Positions 27,205-42,095 are shown, counted from the whole stretch's first letter. The stretch is DNA of 63,484 bases, filler included, from Neolecta irregularis DAH-3 (GCA_001929475.1; 5 parts of 5 records of this genome joined end to end with filler, not necessarily neighbours in it); one strand, 5' to 3'. Notes: generated by a model not told the origin, from the sequence alone. Program-made: numbers and translations.

Positions 27205-28377
27205 CTAGCTCGAACCCGTCATATGTAAGACCAATTCATATGCTCCAAACATGATTGCAGCATTCGGCACGACTCTCATCAGATGAGCAGTCAAACCACC
27301 ATACAGTGCAACCATCCCTTCTTCTTTCCATACTAACTTAAAACACTGGATCAATCCAGTATATTTCAACTGGCCGTTTGTAGTTGGGGTCTGCCTCAGC
27401 CGCGTTCGAAGGACTTCATGGGGATATGTGACTCCGGCAGCCAAAAATTTGGCGCTTCCAGCAGCACCTAATTTCCCTCCCCATTCAACAAATGTATCCC
27501 AACCTGTAGGTTCGAGCGATAATAAACGCCGTCCCACACTTCTCTCCGTAATAATCTTTTTGAAATGCTCGTATAGGACCCACTGCATCGTGCTTTCTGT
27601 AACTCCTAGATACGAAGCGCTCATACCTCGATATAGGCCGACGACTCCCTCTTTCCTGAAAACCTGAAGGAGACAGTCAAAACTGTTTTTGTACTGCCTC
27701 ATTCCACCTTCTTGTCTATCAAGTTGTAGTCGAGTCTTCACAAGCCAGATTGGATTTGTAGCGGTTGAGGTTACGATACCGGCGATTGCTGCAGAAGCCA
27801 AATGAACCCAGGTCGATTCTCTACCGTTATTAAAACTATCTGCGATTATCCGTTTCCCGTTCCCGTATGTGTAAAAATTGATTGCGCTGGTTCACGTTTA
27901 GTCGAGCTGAGAGCATGGAATGGTATTACCGAGCAGGAACAACACCTACGAGATTCGGGCCAAGACCCTTGAATAGCGCTCGAGGACCTTCTACTCGATA
28001 TATATCGCTATCAGAAATTAGAAAAGAGATCCTCAGTGAATGTCACTCGTACCCTAGTATCTGACAGGTTTCCGAAAAATGTCTGGCGGCGGCTCGGCCA
28101 ATAGTACAGCTCTTCTGAGGCAGTGTAGCAGCTCTTCTTGAGACAATTTGATCTCTATAGAAATCGCTTTGAAGACGTGTCTTCACTACGTCGAGAGGAG
28201 AAGTCAATACAGCTCCAGTCATTCCTCCGGCTCTGCGCATAAATTCGGATATATTATAGAGAAGAAATACCCTCCAGCAAGGAAATGGACCCATGATTGG
28301 GAAAATGATAAAGATTTCTTGGGCCGAATCGATGCCACAGTAGAAGTCAGCGGTATATCAGTGGGATCTGAAGACAT
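27205..28377 (-). CDS. RIM2: Mitochondrial pyrimidine nucleotide carrier
   Basis: [62 protein letters not shown]. Confidence 0.92.
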
Positions 28378-28691
28378 TTTCGCGCTAATAGATGAATGTT
28401 TTGACGGAAGAAATTTGAGAAAAAAGTTTTGGTGGTGGAAGCACGTGTCGCCGCATACCATTTCGAAAGAGCCTTGACTAAATCAAGAGTATTCACCGGG
28501 ATGTTTGACAGAACGGATGCAGTTAGAGCACTAGAGCTGTATGAAATATATCAAAATATTGATAATGAAGATAATAGAGCTGGTTCAAATGTCACCATTG
28601 GGCAAGACGATGCTGCCCGACTCAAAATCACAGGAGAAATTGCATATATATCTCTGATCTTGAAACGTGAACCACAAAAGTAAAAAGAATT

Positions 28692-29311
28692 TTAGATGAT
28701 GGTATCGTAGGGCAAAGCATGGACTGTTTCCGGAAAGTTTGACTCAACCTTGACGATGTGAGCTTCTCGGGGGGCGAGCGGCTGTCGTTTCAACTGGACG
28801 GTTTCTAAATAGTCAGTCTATATCTATAGGCATAGCAATTATACCTCCTCTAGCTTTCGCCTCCTTCCTCTTCTGGGCATTTTCTTTGACTCGTCGGATG
28901 AAATCCTCACGGCATTTCGAGTGTCGGACATGTTCGATTCTTATAGAAACTCTCTTCTCCATATATCTATTCCCAACAATCTTGTAGATGATCACTCCGA
29001 CAGAAGATTTCGTAACGTTGTAGATGATTCCTGTCTTTCTATTTTTCCCGATCAGCATTCCTTTTTTTATTTCTCGAATAAACGTACCCATGGTAATATT
29101 TATGCGGCATTCCTTTGTGTACAGATCCGTTAACGACAATATCGACAATGTCTCCGACTTTGTAAATCTTCAAGTAGGTTGACAATCTTTAGGCCGGTCA
29201 GCTCCTCTGTACTAACAAAGTGAGAAAAGCACACTTGATCTGCCCATGTTCCCTAAAATTCCTAGCAAAAAGGTGCTTTGTTCGTGCTTTACAACCGTGA
29301 GAGTGGGGCAT
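28692..29311 (-). CDS. RPL21: 60S ribosomal protein L21 (eL21)
   Basis: [56 protein letters not shown]. Confidence 0.96.
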
Positions 29312-29509
29312 ATTGTCGAATTATGGGCTGGTGCGATCGCTACCTTCGAAAGTGAGGTTTCCACATCTACGTGACTTGGTGAGAAAAGCCGCAAATTCTG
29401 GCTTAGAAAAATTAAGGGTCGTCAGACTTGGTCACGGGACCAGAGCCTCCACCCACACTTTGTGTGGTAGACCTCGATATCGGTTTCTTTTTTTCGACCA
29501 TTCGCCACT

Positions 29510-31069
29510 ATGGACCGGCCAGACTTCTCTAGTTCAAATATGATGCCAATGGGCGGGGGAGTACCTGTAAAGCAGACGCGAGAACAGCGGAGGCAGATCA
29601 AAGAGCTTGAAGAAGCTCGTAAAGCTGGAAAGGCCCCTGCTGAGAAAGACGAGGAAGGAAATGCTATCAATCCACATATTCCGCGTACATGAAGTGTTAT
29701 TGAATGGCTTTGATTACAATAGAGTTCATTTCTCGTGCACCATGGTACGTTGACGAAACTGGCGGAGCATCGCTTAAACATCAACGTGTGCGGCATGATA
29801 ACGATGGGGAAGATGATAAAAACAAATGGTATCAACGAGGTATACGGGCTGGACCCGCTGCTACAAAATATAGAAAGGGGGCTTGTGAAAATTGTGGAGC
29901 AAATACTCATAAGGCGAAAGATTGCCTGGGGCGTCCCCGGAAATTGGGCGCGAAATGGTCGGGAAAAGATATTCAGCCCGATGAGGTTATTCAAAATGTC
30001 GATTTGACCTGGAATGCTAAAAGGGATCGTTGGAATGGATATGATCCAAGCGAACATAAAACTATCGTGGAAGAGTATGAACGTATGGAAGAGCTACGGA
30101 AACAACTTGAAGAAAAAGGAGAAGCAGAGCAAGAAACGGAGGAAAAGTTTGCAGAGGTGTCGGAAGCACTTGGTCAGGCTTACGATCCTTCATCACGAAT
30201 AATGACTAGAAATCTTCGGTATGCCATATTTTGACGTGTTGTCTAACCCAAAGAATGCGAGAGGACACAGCGAGATATCTTATGGCTTCAGACAACGCCA
30301 ACTATGATCCAAAAACACGCACGATGCATGGAGATGTAAAGACTGTAAATCAAGGAACTCCTGAAGAAGGTTTTGTCCGCGGGTCAACTGGGGAAGCTGC
30401 AGATTTCGACAAATTACAAAAGTTCGCTTGGCAAGCAGAAGAGCGTGGCGCCAGCTTCAATATTCAAGCAAACCCTACGGAAGGTGCGCTGTTGCATAAA
30501 AAGTACCTTGAGGAGAAGGACCGACAAAAGTCAAAAGTTAAAGGCGGTATTTTGGAGAAATATGGAGGAGAGCAGTTTCTAGTTGCACCACCAAAAGAAT
30601 TAACCCAGTCGGAAGCTTACGTGGAGTATTCTGCCAGTGGGACGATTATCAAGGGCGAAAAGACAAAGGCGAAGTCAAGGTGGAAAGAAGATGGCATTCA
30701 CCTTAATTGATTATCATTAACAAATCAGTCTATCCAAATAATCACGCTTCGGTGTTCGGGTCATGGTGGAAGGGAGGGAAATGGGGATATACTTGTTGTC
30801 ACAGCATTATCAGGAATTCATGGTGTGCTGGAGAAGAAGGACTCGAAGCTGTAGATACAGCAGAGAAGTTGGCTCGTGGCCATATCCCGATAAAAGAGCC
30901 TGAAGCACCTGAGACGCCTACCCCTGTAGGATCTACCGATAATATAGGTGACAGTAACAAGCGCAAACTGGGGTACGGAGATGTAACTGAAGAAGAAATG
31001 GAAGAATGGAAAAGGAAGAGGCAGGCATTCGAAGATCCCATGCGGACTTATGTAGACCATGGGAGATGA
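29510..31069 (+). CDS. SLU7: Pre-mRNA splicing factor Slu7
   Basis: [18 protein letters not shown], zinc knuckle [48 protein letters not shown]. Confidence 0.96.
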
Positions 31070-31245
31070 TAGATCAGTCTTTGTTGGTTTAATGGGGTGC
31101 ATTGTCTGGTTCTCAAAAAAAGCTCATGTTTATGAGGAAAACGCACTCTATCGACACAGAAAATCGTTTCTGATCTATACAGGACAGACTAAGTGAGTAT
31201 CATGACAAGGTTTAAATTTCTTCATCCATATACTAGATGCCTTAC

Positions 31246-31938
31246 TCATTCCTCGTCTTCTTCCACGGCATCATCAGCACCAGATTTGGCAGCGCGTCTC
31301 TTTCTCTGAACTCGTCCGGGTCGGGCACCACTAACATTGTTAGAGAAACCGAGAAACCACTAGATATACCCGAAGGGTGAGGTTAAAGCAAAATCAATAT
31401 GCTTTTGAGAGTCAAGTCGAACAATGAATGAAGGGACATTGACAATTTGTTTTCCAACACTTCCGTTAGCAATGAGAGCTATAGTAATAGACTATACCGA
31501 ATGTGTCGTTGTCGAATGAGAACTCGAGCATGATGGATACTCTTGGCTAACCCAGACTTGAAAACTTGAGTCTGCAATCGTCGTTCCAGGAAATCCTCGA
31601 CCTTGAGAGCAAGCACATAATCGAGTTTCATTCTGGTTTCATCCAAGACCCCTGCTCGTACAAGTCGTCTAATGAGCGCATTTCCCTCAAATAATCGCTT
31701 AGGGTCCTTATCATCCAAAGTTAAAAGTTCTCGAGCAGCTCGTCGAATTTTCGAAAGGGTAAGTTGGACTCTCCAAATTTCTCGTTTGTTTCGAAGCCCA
31801 TATTCTCCAGCTAGTTTCAGTTCTGCGTCAAGACGGGCGGATTCGTAGGGACGTTTAGGAACTTTGGCGGTTTTAGCCTATGCCCTCAGTCTGCGAAATC
31901 AATATGGCTAATACCTGATTTCTTGGAGCGCAAGGCAT
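31246..31938 (-). CDS. RPS9: 40S ribosomal protein S9 (uS4)
   Basis: [58 protein letters not shown]. Confidence 0.97.
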
Positions 31939-32168
31939 GATGTGTGGTATTTAATCAGCGACCGGCTTCGTATGGTGGGCGTGGACTTGCTGGGGTTAAA
32001 GCTTACGCTGAGCGGATTGGAGGTCTGACAAATGACTGCTTCCACAAAATTAGCGGCATTCTGTGTCTATTAATTAGCGGCCTTTTCTACCCGTTGCAGC
32101 CTCATGATATCTACTACTACTCGATAAGATGGAATCCCTATGAATATTGGCTTCCAGATGCTTCAGGA

Positions 32169-35100
32169 ATGACATTCAAGCTATTGTTGAACTGCATTGA
32201 TTCATACCAATATCCTCCTGAAAAATACGATAGAAACCATAGCGGTCTTGACCACCCAAAGGCCACATATTCATCTGTTCCCATTGTTAGAGTATTCGGA
32301 GCTACGGACTCAGGGCAGAAAGTATGCGCTCATATTCACGGAGCTTTTCCATATATGTACGTCGAGTATCCAGGCAAATTAGTTCCGGATGACGGCAAGT
32401 TCTGTTAGCATGGGATAAGCTCATATTTTAGTTGAAATGTATATACATCGACTTCATATGAATATTAATAGCGCCATGGCAGCTACTTATCGCCACAATC
32501 CGCGTGACCCGAAGAGCCTTTTCGTCGCCAAAATTACCCTTTGTAAGGGCGTACCATTTTATGGGTTCCATATCGGATGGAAATTCTATCTCAAAGTATA
32601 CATGCTCAATCCGTCGCATATGACACGACTTGCAGATCTCTTTCGACAAGGTGCAATACTAGAACGGAGCATGCAACCTTTTGAAGCTCATATTCCATAT
32701 CTTCTTCAGTTTATGATTGACTTCAATCTATATGGGTGTGGGTGGATAAACTGTGAAGAAGTCACATTTCGAATGCCCGTGCCAGAGCAAAGTGAAAGCA
32801 ATGGGAAGCATGCAGATCATAGCTCACTGCAACTTTACACCAACGCTTCAATACCTACAGAGATGATTACATCCGAAACCGGACTTCCGAGGTTGTCCCA
32901 TTGTGCACTTGAAGCCGATATTCAGGCCCATAACATTCTGAATCGTCTCGATATCGAACCTCGAATGCTCCATCATGATTTTATTGAACGTCTGAAAGAC
33001 TTTCCTTCTGATCAGAAGCTAGTTCAGAGCATGGCCGAATTGTGGAAAGACGAAGTAAGAAGAAGAGAAGCGCGAGGACAGAGTCCAGAAGTCTCAGTAC
33101 CATTCACCGCCGAAAGTCGAGATCCTCACCCCGAATGGCTTCATGAAGCTGATTATCGAGAGCGTCTTGAAGAGATTATCCAAAGAGAAAAGGCCCAAGG
33201 TGATGGTCATGTCCCTAAATTCGAGACTTTTGTGAGACCCACTCCGTTTGAAGCAAAAGTTCAGTCAAGTTTTGAGAGTGTCACGGACTTATTTCCCCAA
33301 CCCTGGTCTCAACCAGAGAAGTACGTGGGCGTAGGAATCGAATCACCTTATAAGGATGGTGGTGACCTTCCAATCGTGCAAGAGAATGCAAGACCGTTGG
33401 ATAATTCTTCCGATATTCAATCTGATAACGAAACAGAAGTTGATATAGAGAATCTTAAAAATAAAATCCAGATTACAGGCCTTTCTGGAGGACTATGGAA
33501 AGAAGATGAAAGCACATCGTCATCCGGAAATCTTCAAGACTTCATGGAGCCTTTTCGGATAGGCGGAATTTGGCCCGCGGAACAACCTGATCTTGAAGAA
33601 GATGATTTTGAGATTCCAGCACAAGACAATTTTAAAACTTGTGAAGCAACCGGATTCGACGACAGTCTCCTTTTAATCGATGGTTTGGAGGAAGAAATTT
33701 TAGAAGATGATCTTCTGATCCAAGATGAAGGCGCAGGACAAGATGAGTTTAATAGCGAGATGGCTGAAAACTACCTTCTGGTTGAACAAATGGCCAAGCA
33801 TGAAGCTTCTGGTATGAAACGGAAAGAGTCATTTGATGAATTGCCTCGAAAGCGAAGATTAATGTCTCCGGAAAGTAATTCATCAGATTTTGCTTGGGTT
33901 ACCAGTAACAATGGCAATGAAGCTCTGCAAATTTGTCAGATATCCTCGGATGACGATGACTTATTGCATAAAAACTCCGATCTAGAGGATCCCTTTAATA
34001 CAAATGTGTCCGCTGTCAATATGAATGATCATTCTCTCCGAAAGAAAGCAATTACAAAAACATACAATTCTGCAGATAGAACACTGGGAAGGGTTCCTGA
34101 GTTTTCCTCATCCTCGAGATTTGGGCCGAGTCAAATATCTCCAACTCGAATACGAGATTCGACTAGCCAACTGAATTGGAAAGAAATCAACAACGACCTG
34201 CTTTCCAAATTTCACTCCTGTGATGACGCAATTACCACCGAAATCTCCAAGCGCATTGGCCGGGTATTCAATATCCATGGCGCATTACTTTGTTACAAGC
34301 ATGCGCCTCCTCTTACGTGTGAACTTGTCGACACACTCGAAATCGTTGGCATTCCACATGTCATATACAAGGATCCATTCTACAGCAATGAGGCTGATGT
34401 TCCCGATCGGGCGAGAGAGTTTGCAGGACGAGAGTTTCGGCTAAAATCTGATGGATTGGCATACCTTCCTTTGTTTGATGCTGCAGAAACCGTCTCTGCA
34501 GGTGAAACGAGAGTTGGAAGGTCACAGATGAGAGTTTGGAGGCTTGCAAGTGTACCCCTATCGAAGAGTCTCACTCAAACCTGGCTTGAGGAATGGAAGA
34601 CAAAGGAAAATTCTAATGTTGGTATACATTTTAAGCGTCTTCTAAAGTTCTAGATCAAACAGCCTATTCGAGCCAAACACCTTTCACAGGTCGAAGAAAA
34701 TTCTTACAAGTACTAATTGCTTTACAGATCGAAGGGCCTACACAAAAGAATAAGCATGGCTTTATATTCTCAGAGAAACCTAAATCCCGTGGCGTGAACT
34801 ACGAGCTAACGCATATGAGTACTTTAAGCCTGGAAGTCCATAGTACGGAAACGTATCCGACAAGACTGCTTACTTTCAGTAAACACGCGAGGAGATTTAT
34901 TGCCGAATCCAGAAGAGGACGAAATCTCTACAGTGTTCTGGTCTTTACATTCAACAGATCCCGAGTATCCGACAAATGGATACAAAGATGGGTGTGATAC
35001 TGCCAATTTACAACTAATGATAGGTATCACGTCGGGATGATAATTCTTTCACCAGTCGTTGATATGTATCCTCTCAATACCTTTAGACATTACGAAGTCG

Positions 35101-37791
35101 AAACCCAAGATAATGAACTCGACGTCATAATGCGCATAGTGGATATTGTACGACGAGTGGATCCCGATATTCTCGCAGGTTATGAAGTTCAAAATTCTTC
35201 GTGGGGATATTTAATTGAGCGGGCTCGTTTGAAATACGGTACTATGCTAATATCTTACTGAATCAATTAGAGCTTATGGATAAGATATACCGCTATGTGA
35301 CGAGCTCTCGAGAATGAAAAGCCACTCTCATGGGAGATTTGGCCGTGATAATGATCGATGGGGCTTTACATCTGCTTCGTCAATTCGAATCACCGGAAGA
35401 CACATGATCAATATTTGGAGAGCAATGAGAAGCGAAGTCAACCTTTTACAGTATTCAATTGAGACTGTTGTATTTCACCTGCTACACAAGAGGTGTACTC
35501 ATGAAATGGAATATACTGACCAAAAGAATTCCGCATTACTCACACCGTACCTTGACCGAATGGTTTCAATCATCTTTCATAGATAAACGGTTTCGAGTAT
35601 ACCAATATTATATCAACCGAGTGCAATTGGATCTTGAGATAATTGAAGTACAAGAACTTGTGTCCAGAACAAGGTAAATTCCTCAACTCAACATTATTGA
35701 TAGACCAAGCGAACAAGCTCGACTTCTCGGTGTTGACTTCTGTTCTGTTTTCGCTCGGGGGTCTCAATACAAAGTCGAATCATTAATGTTTCGGATTGCT
35801 AAGCCTGAGTGTTTCATGCTTATTTCACCCAGCAGAAAACAGGTAGGCCAACAGAACGCTTTAGAATGTCTTCCATTAGTCATGGAACCGCGGTCGAAAT
35901 TTTATAACAGTCCAATATTGGTATTGGATTTCCAGTCTCTGTATCCCTCTGTGATGATAGCTTATAATTATTGGTGCGTCTAAATGTAGTCTTTAGCTTA
36001 TATTTCAGCTATTCGACTTGCCTGGGCAGAGTGAATTCCTGGAGAGGCGAAAATAAACTCGGATTTGTGGATCACAAAGTAGTGCCACGCAGTCTTGAAC
36101 TTTTAAAGGATCATCTCAATGGTACATCAATCTCAGGTGCGCGTTCAAATAATTTAGTCGCGCCAAATGGTTTCCTGTACGTCAAACCGACAATCCGAAA
36201 GTCGCTACTAGCAAAAATGCTGTCCGAAATTCTTGAAACTCGGGTTATGGTCAAAGCCGGAATGAAGTCTGATGAAGATGATAAAACCCTTATTCAATTA
36301 CTGAACAACCGTCAGCTTGCGTTGAAGCTAATAGCCAATGTTACTTACGGATATACATCAGCTTCGTTCTCTGGAAGAATGCCTTGTGCTGAGATAGCGG
36401 ATAGCATTGTTCAGACAGGAAGAGAAACTCTGGAAAAGGCAAGATTTCAGTTATCAGGTGGGGCTGATTCGAGGCTATCGAAATGATACATTCGAACGAA
36501 GACTGGCAAGCTGAGGTAGTTTATGGAGATACGGACAGTCTTTTTGTATCACTTCCTGGACGAACAAAAGACGAAGCCTTCAATATCGGCCAAAGCATTG
36601 CTGACGCCATTACAAAGGTCAATCCTCGACCAGTCAAACTCAAATTTGAGAAGGTTAATCGAGCTTGTCAACTTTAGACTTACGCTGGTTCTAGGTTTAC
36701 CTGCCTTGCGTCCTCCTAGCTAAGAAACGATATGTCGGCTTCAAATACGAACGCAAAGACGAATTGGAGCCCACTTTTGATGCCAAGGGAATTGAAACTA
36801 TCCGCCGTGACGGAACCCCAGCGGAGCAGAAGATCGAAGAGGCAGCCCTTAAAATACTGTTCCGAACAGCAGATCTTTCCCAGGTTAAAGAGTACTTTCA
36901 AACACAATGCACAAAAGTTATGATGGAATCGGTGTCTATTCAGGATTTTTGTTTCTCAAAGGAAGTCAAACTTGGTACATATAGGTATTATGTTGTAGCA
37001 ACTGCTACTAATCCCGAAGCGATAAAGGTCTACCACCCCCGGGTGCCTTGATCAGTGCGCGAAAAATGGTGAACGATCCTCGAGCAGAACCGCAGTATGG
37101 AGAACGAGTGCCATACGTCGTGATTACCGGCGCCCCGGGAGCACGGCTGGTTGATCGATGTGTACCTCCAGAGGAATTGCTTTTAAACAAGTTCGTCTTG
37201 ATATTCGACTTGTCTCAAAATTTAGCCACCACCGCTTGGATTTCGAATATTATATAAGCAAGAACATTATACCACCTTTGGAACGAATTTTCAATCTCGT
37301 TGGTGCTAATGTGCGGTCTTGGTATGATGAAATGCCTAAAGTTCAACGCGTGCGGAGATTCGAGGGCATGAAAGAGGATTGTGAGAAGAAAGGAAAAACA
37401 CTTGAATCGTATCTCAGATCTTCTGTGTGTCTAGTGTGCCGAGAATTGGAAACGGACGACAGTATGTCTGAGGAAATTATACCACGAATTGATCTTTTTA
37501 GTGTTGTGCTACGAGTGCTCAGCCAATCGTCCAGAAGCCATACATACCTTAGTCACTCGCTTGAAGACAAAGGAACGTCAGCACGTAGATTTGTACTTGG
37601 TTTGCTCGACATGCTCCAACACGCCAGTTGGCGATGTGATAAAGTGCGAATCGAAAGCTTGTCCTGTGTTTTATTCGCGTGTGAAAATTGCTACCCGGTT
37701 CCGGGATATGTTGAAGACTGAGGGCCAGATAATTCAAGATCTTCAGAATTTGGAAAATGTAGAAGCCGAAAAGTTGGCCCTTGAGTGGTGA
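32169..37791 (+). CDS. REV3: DNA polymerase zeta catalytic subunit
   Basis: VRVFGATDSGQKVCAHIHGAFPY, LDFQSLYPS, QLALKLIANVTYGYTSASFSGRMPC, YGDTDSLF, C-terminal Cys clusters. Confidence 0.97.
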
Positions 37792-38005
37792 TGTGTACAG
37801 GATTTGGGGTTTCTATTTATTGCTATGTGTGACTATGTTACTTGTGAGGTTTGGTTAAGACAGGCGTCTGTCACGAGCTTCATTATCATCAGCAGAGCGA
37901 CACTCCACCGAAGCACGATGCTTCGGTCATAGCATTCTCCACTTTAAGCAATTCGTCCATAACCTTCATTCGCCTTCTCTAGTGCTTTGGTCGCTTGATT
38001 CAGCT

Positions 38006-41000
38006 ATGGCTTTCATTACTCTTTTTCTCATGTTCAATTTTGGGTTCTGCTCAGCCTTGGGCAGCCTGGCGTTTCTAGTGTTCTGGCTCTCTGTTCCGAA
38101 ACAAAATTCAGACATCACGGTGGAAACCAGACGCTCAGGGATTTCCGGTACCCAATCGAGCGATCCCGCGTTTAGGAAAGGTGAAGAGGCACAACGCCTA
38201 CTCGATGACACACGCGAACCCGTAGGCGTCCAGGTCTATAAAGCTGGGTGGATCAAAGTTACCAGAGAATATACTCCTGAAGGGCAAGGGGCTTCTGGGC
38301 CGGAGAAAAATCGAAACATGAATGCTGAGAACACCTACATGGGTATGGTTATTCAAAGCTACCGTAATTTCGTTGAAAAGCCATTGAACGCAAGCACCGA
38401 GAGTCTGGCATCCGCTGGAAGGCAGAGGAAGGCGAACAATACCTTCTGGGGTGTACTAAAGCACGGGAATCTATTTCTATACGAAAACGAAAGTCAGCTG
38501 GATGTGAAATATGTGGTTGTACTCGACCATTTCGACGTACGGTCTTGATTTAAATCGCCTTGCTAACTTGAATGTAGATTGGAATTTGGCCTCGAAATCT
38601 TCCAGAGGGCGAACTATTCATTAAGCGGCATGCAATATGCCTGACACGGAGAGATTCATGGCATTCAATTTGGGGTGATCCGGACCCAAAGGTTGCGAAA
38701 TACGAACAAGTTCCACCTCAGAATTCGTTTTTTATTTTCATGATGAATAACAGTTTGAAAGAAGATTGGTATTTCAGTTTAATTCAAGCTACGAAACTTT
38801 CCACAAGAAAGGATGCTTTGTCTTCCGCCGCTCCGGATTCGAGTATCGATGCTGTTGCTCTCCAGTTTAAAAAGGAGTCCCTTTTTGAGATTACTCGGAC
38901 AATCCATTCAAACGACGAACATCTTCAAACGCGGTGGTTAAATGCTCTTATTGGCCGATTGTTTCTCGGCATTGCACAAACCGATACGATGGAGAATCTT
39001 GTGATGAATAAAATCAAATTAAAGCTATCAAGAATAAAGAGACCGTCTTTCCTGTCAGACATACATGTTAATGGATGTACTCTCGGATCAACAATCCCCT
39101 ATATTCGAAACCCTCGATTACGAGATTTAAATCCAGACGGGGAATTGAATATGGACCTTGACATCAGTTACACTGGAAATGTCCGGATCGAGGTTTCAAC
39201 GACAGCAACGATTCAACTCGGAAATAGATTTAAGCCACGTCAAGTTAATTTAGTGCTTGCTGTTGTGTTGAAAAAACTTGAAGGAACCATCCTTGTAAAA
39301 ATAAAAAAACCGCCGACAAATCGATTATGGTTTGGATTTTATGAGATGCCAAAGGTAACTTTTCGACAAATTCTGGCTAGTAATACTCAAGATGGAACTT
39401 GATATTGAACCAATTGTTAGTTCTCGACAAATAAAGCTCGTTCTGGTGTTGCGAGCTATACAAAATAAAATACGGGAAACGGTACGACATGTTACTTTCT
39501 TGAATGCTGATGATTCAAGGTACAAGAAACCATTGTCTTACCGAACATGGACGATCTGGTTTTTTTCAATACCGAGGGGGAATTCTTTCGCGGTGGAATA
39601 TGGGATCATAACCTTCGAAAGGCTCAAGCCCAAGCCGAAAAGCTTGCTTCGATTACTGAACCTTCACTTTTAGAAAAAGATGCGACTACGCCAGGACTTG
39701 AACATTCGGAAGAGTCAACCGAGCAACCTACTCATGAAGAAATTGCACTAGTAGATGTTATTACATCATCGGAGTCGCAGGCTCAAGTGACTAGTACCAG
39801 GGAGACCCTACGGAGTCGCCGGAAGTCTTTGAGTGAGAATCTGATGCCGGTTGGGACTCGACATTCGTCTTTAAGTAGTGGATCTCTTACTCCAATGTCG
39901 AGCGCTCCAGCAATTGTGAGTGAGGATCACGTAAGCGTTACGTTTACTTCCGAACACCCAGATTCAGATCCTGCACAAGACGATTCCATAGAGAAAGGTA
40001 TCTCTGCGCCTTCATTATCTTGTTCAACTGCTATTTCCTTTTCACCTCTTGTGCTTCCAGAATCGGAAGCAAATAATTTAGGATCGAGTCTGGAATCCTC
40101 GGCATCTTCTAGCTTCAAGGAAACCCATGATGATTTGCGAGATTTTAGAAAGTCGTCTTTATCAGAGGACTACACAGAGTCACTATCTGAATCTATACCA
40201 ATCGCACCAGGATCACCAGACGGAAGCAAAAGTATCTCGAGCGAAAAGAAGAAGGATCGACTTTCCGCTACTTTGACAGCAGTCTATGAAAAATCAGTGA
40301 GCGAAGAAGACAGACAAAAGGTTTTAATAAAAGGCGAAAAGCCTACCCTTGGGATCGTCTATACTTCTACCGCGAACGCAGTCAAGAAATGGGGAGCTCA
40401 GTATATCAAAAAAAAGGGCAGCAGACTCACCCTAAAACCTACTCTAGAAAGTTCGATAAGCTCGGATCACATTGAAGGACCTTCCATTGGCTCTCCCTCG
40501 AATACAAGTCCACGACCTTTCTTGAATCCTCTTGGAAATACCCAGGAACAGTCTCCACCTAATGAAATCTCCGGCAAGCTAAATCAATCTGGTTCTATTC
40601 AATATGGACCTATGAAAATGGAAATACCATCTTCATCGTTCAGCATCTCGGATGTAACCATAACTCCTCCCTATTCTAATTGGTCGCTACCTCCGCCAGT
40701 CTTACCTCCTCGAGCAGCAGCAGCCACAAGCTCTCCGGAATTACCTCGTCGCCCCTTTCTTGCCCAATCACCACTACCGCTGAATATTAGAAGGCCAGTT
40801 CCACCTCTTCCGGATGTAGTTCCACCTGCTCTTAATCAACGGATTTCTCAAAATCCAGGGGCACAGGAGAATAACAGACTATCGTCGTCATCGTCGGTGG
40901 CTAAGCAGGCGAAAATAGCCCCGCCGCCTCCCGCTGCTTTGGACAGTGATTTATGGGAAGATAATGAGAATTCACACGGGCCAATTGAAGATGCAACGAT

Positions 41001-41007
41001 GGGATAA
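38006..41007 (+). CDS. NVJ2: PH + SMP domain membrane-contact-site protein (Nvj2/TEX2-like)
   Basis: N-terminal TM segment, PH (VLKHGNLFLY, KEDWYFSL), SMP (TRWLNALIGRLFL, KKPPTNRLWFGF, PNMDD), disordered tail. Confidence 0.9.
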
Positions 41008-41320
41008 ACAGTACACTTAAATATTTCTCAGGTTCCTGGTTATTGTTTCCTGGAGTTGTCACTAAATTATTTTCTTGGCCTTTCAGACGTTACCACTTGG
41101 ATTGGTGTTTACGATCAACTGGGGGAGTGCATTTTTTGTGTATTAGGCGGAGCATAATTTCATATCATTTTTTCTAGAAACGATTGGTTAGATCAAGACT
41201 ATCCGAACATCGTTTGATGCATATAATTGACAATTCATATGATTGAATGAAAGCAACGAAAATGGAAATTTAAGAAGAATCCATCAAAGGCTAATATCCC
41301 ACCTTGATTGCACAAATTGC

Positions 41321-41949
41321 TTAAAATCCATGGATTTTAATGGTTTTCTTGGGGATGTCCAGTTGTTCTTGGAGAAATGCAAAGACTTTGCTCCGGTGGT
41401 CACCTTGAAGCTGGATGACTTCACCCATTTCATCATCTTTGACAACGTTACCGTTACAGGCAAACTCCTAATTTGTATTAGCTGTGACGAACGGATAAAC
41501 GCGCACCTTCTTTATTGCCTTCAAGATTCGCTTAGGATCGTATTTGGATGGCAGGCCTTGAACTGTGGTCAACGTCTTTCGTCCATTTCGCTGTTGAACT
41601 CGGACATCTAAAAAAGTTAAAAATCACGCTAGGACTAGTAACAAGAACTGCGTACGGATATAATTTTGCGCTTTGGTAGCATCGTCATCGTCAATTTCTT
41701 CGTCTAGGGCCGTGGCAAAATCTGCGGGGGAGTTCAGATGACGACATAGTGATGATAGGCACCTGCTGCTCCGATATGGCCAAAGTCTTCGTCGTTCTCT
41801 TCGAAAGCAATTTCCTTGTCCTTTGATTTCTTGTGTTTCTTTTCCTCTTTCTTGGTGGCAGAAGACGCGTGCTTTACCTTCTCTTCGGTGGCAGAGTCGG
41901 AGTTCCTAATGAGGTCTCCGGACTTTGCGGGAACGATGATCTCGGACAT
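41321..41949 (-). CDS. SUI1: Translation initiation factor eIF1/Sui1 with N-terminal extension
   Basis: Spliced product ...QNYIHVRVQQRNGRKTLTTVQGLP..KKEFACNG..GEVIQLQGDHR..IKIHGF*. Confidence 0.93.
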
Positions 41950-42095
41950 AAACTGTCTGCAGCGGGTTGTTGATCAAGTCGGAGGGAGGAATGGAAGGGA
42001 GTAGACGGAAACAAAGTGGTGTGATGAGGTTGGTAGCAGGCTCGGGTGGTATCGCCGTGCAGTTAAACCTCCATACAATCATTTTAAACAGCTCT

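Noticed and set aside
41321-41340. Perfect 20-bp palindrome TTAAAATCCATGGATTTTAA
   Set aside because: It coincides with the conserved eIF1 C-terminal codons IKIHGF-stop, so it is probably incidental.
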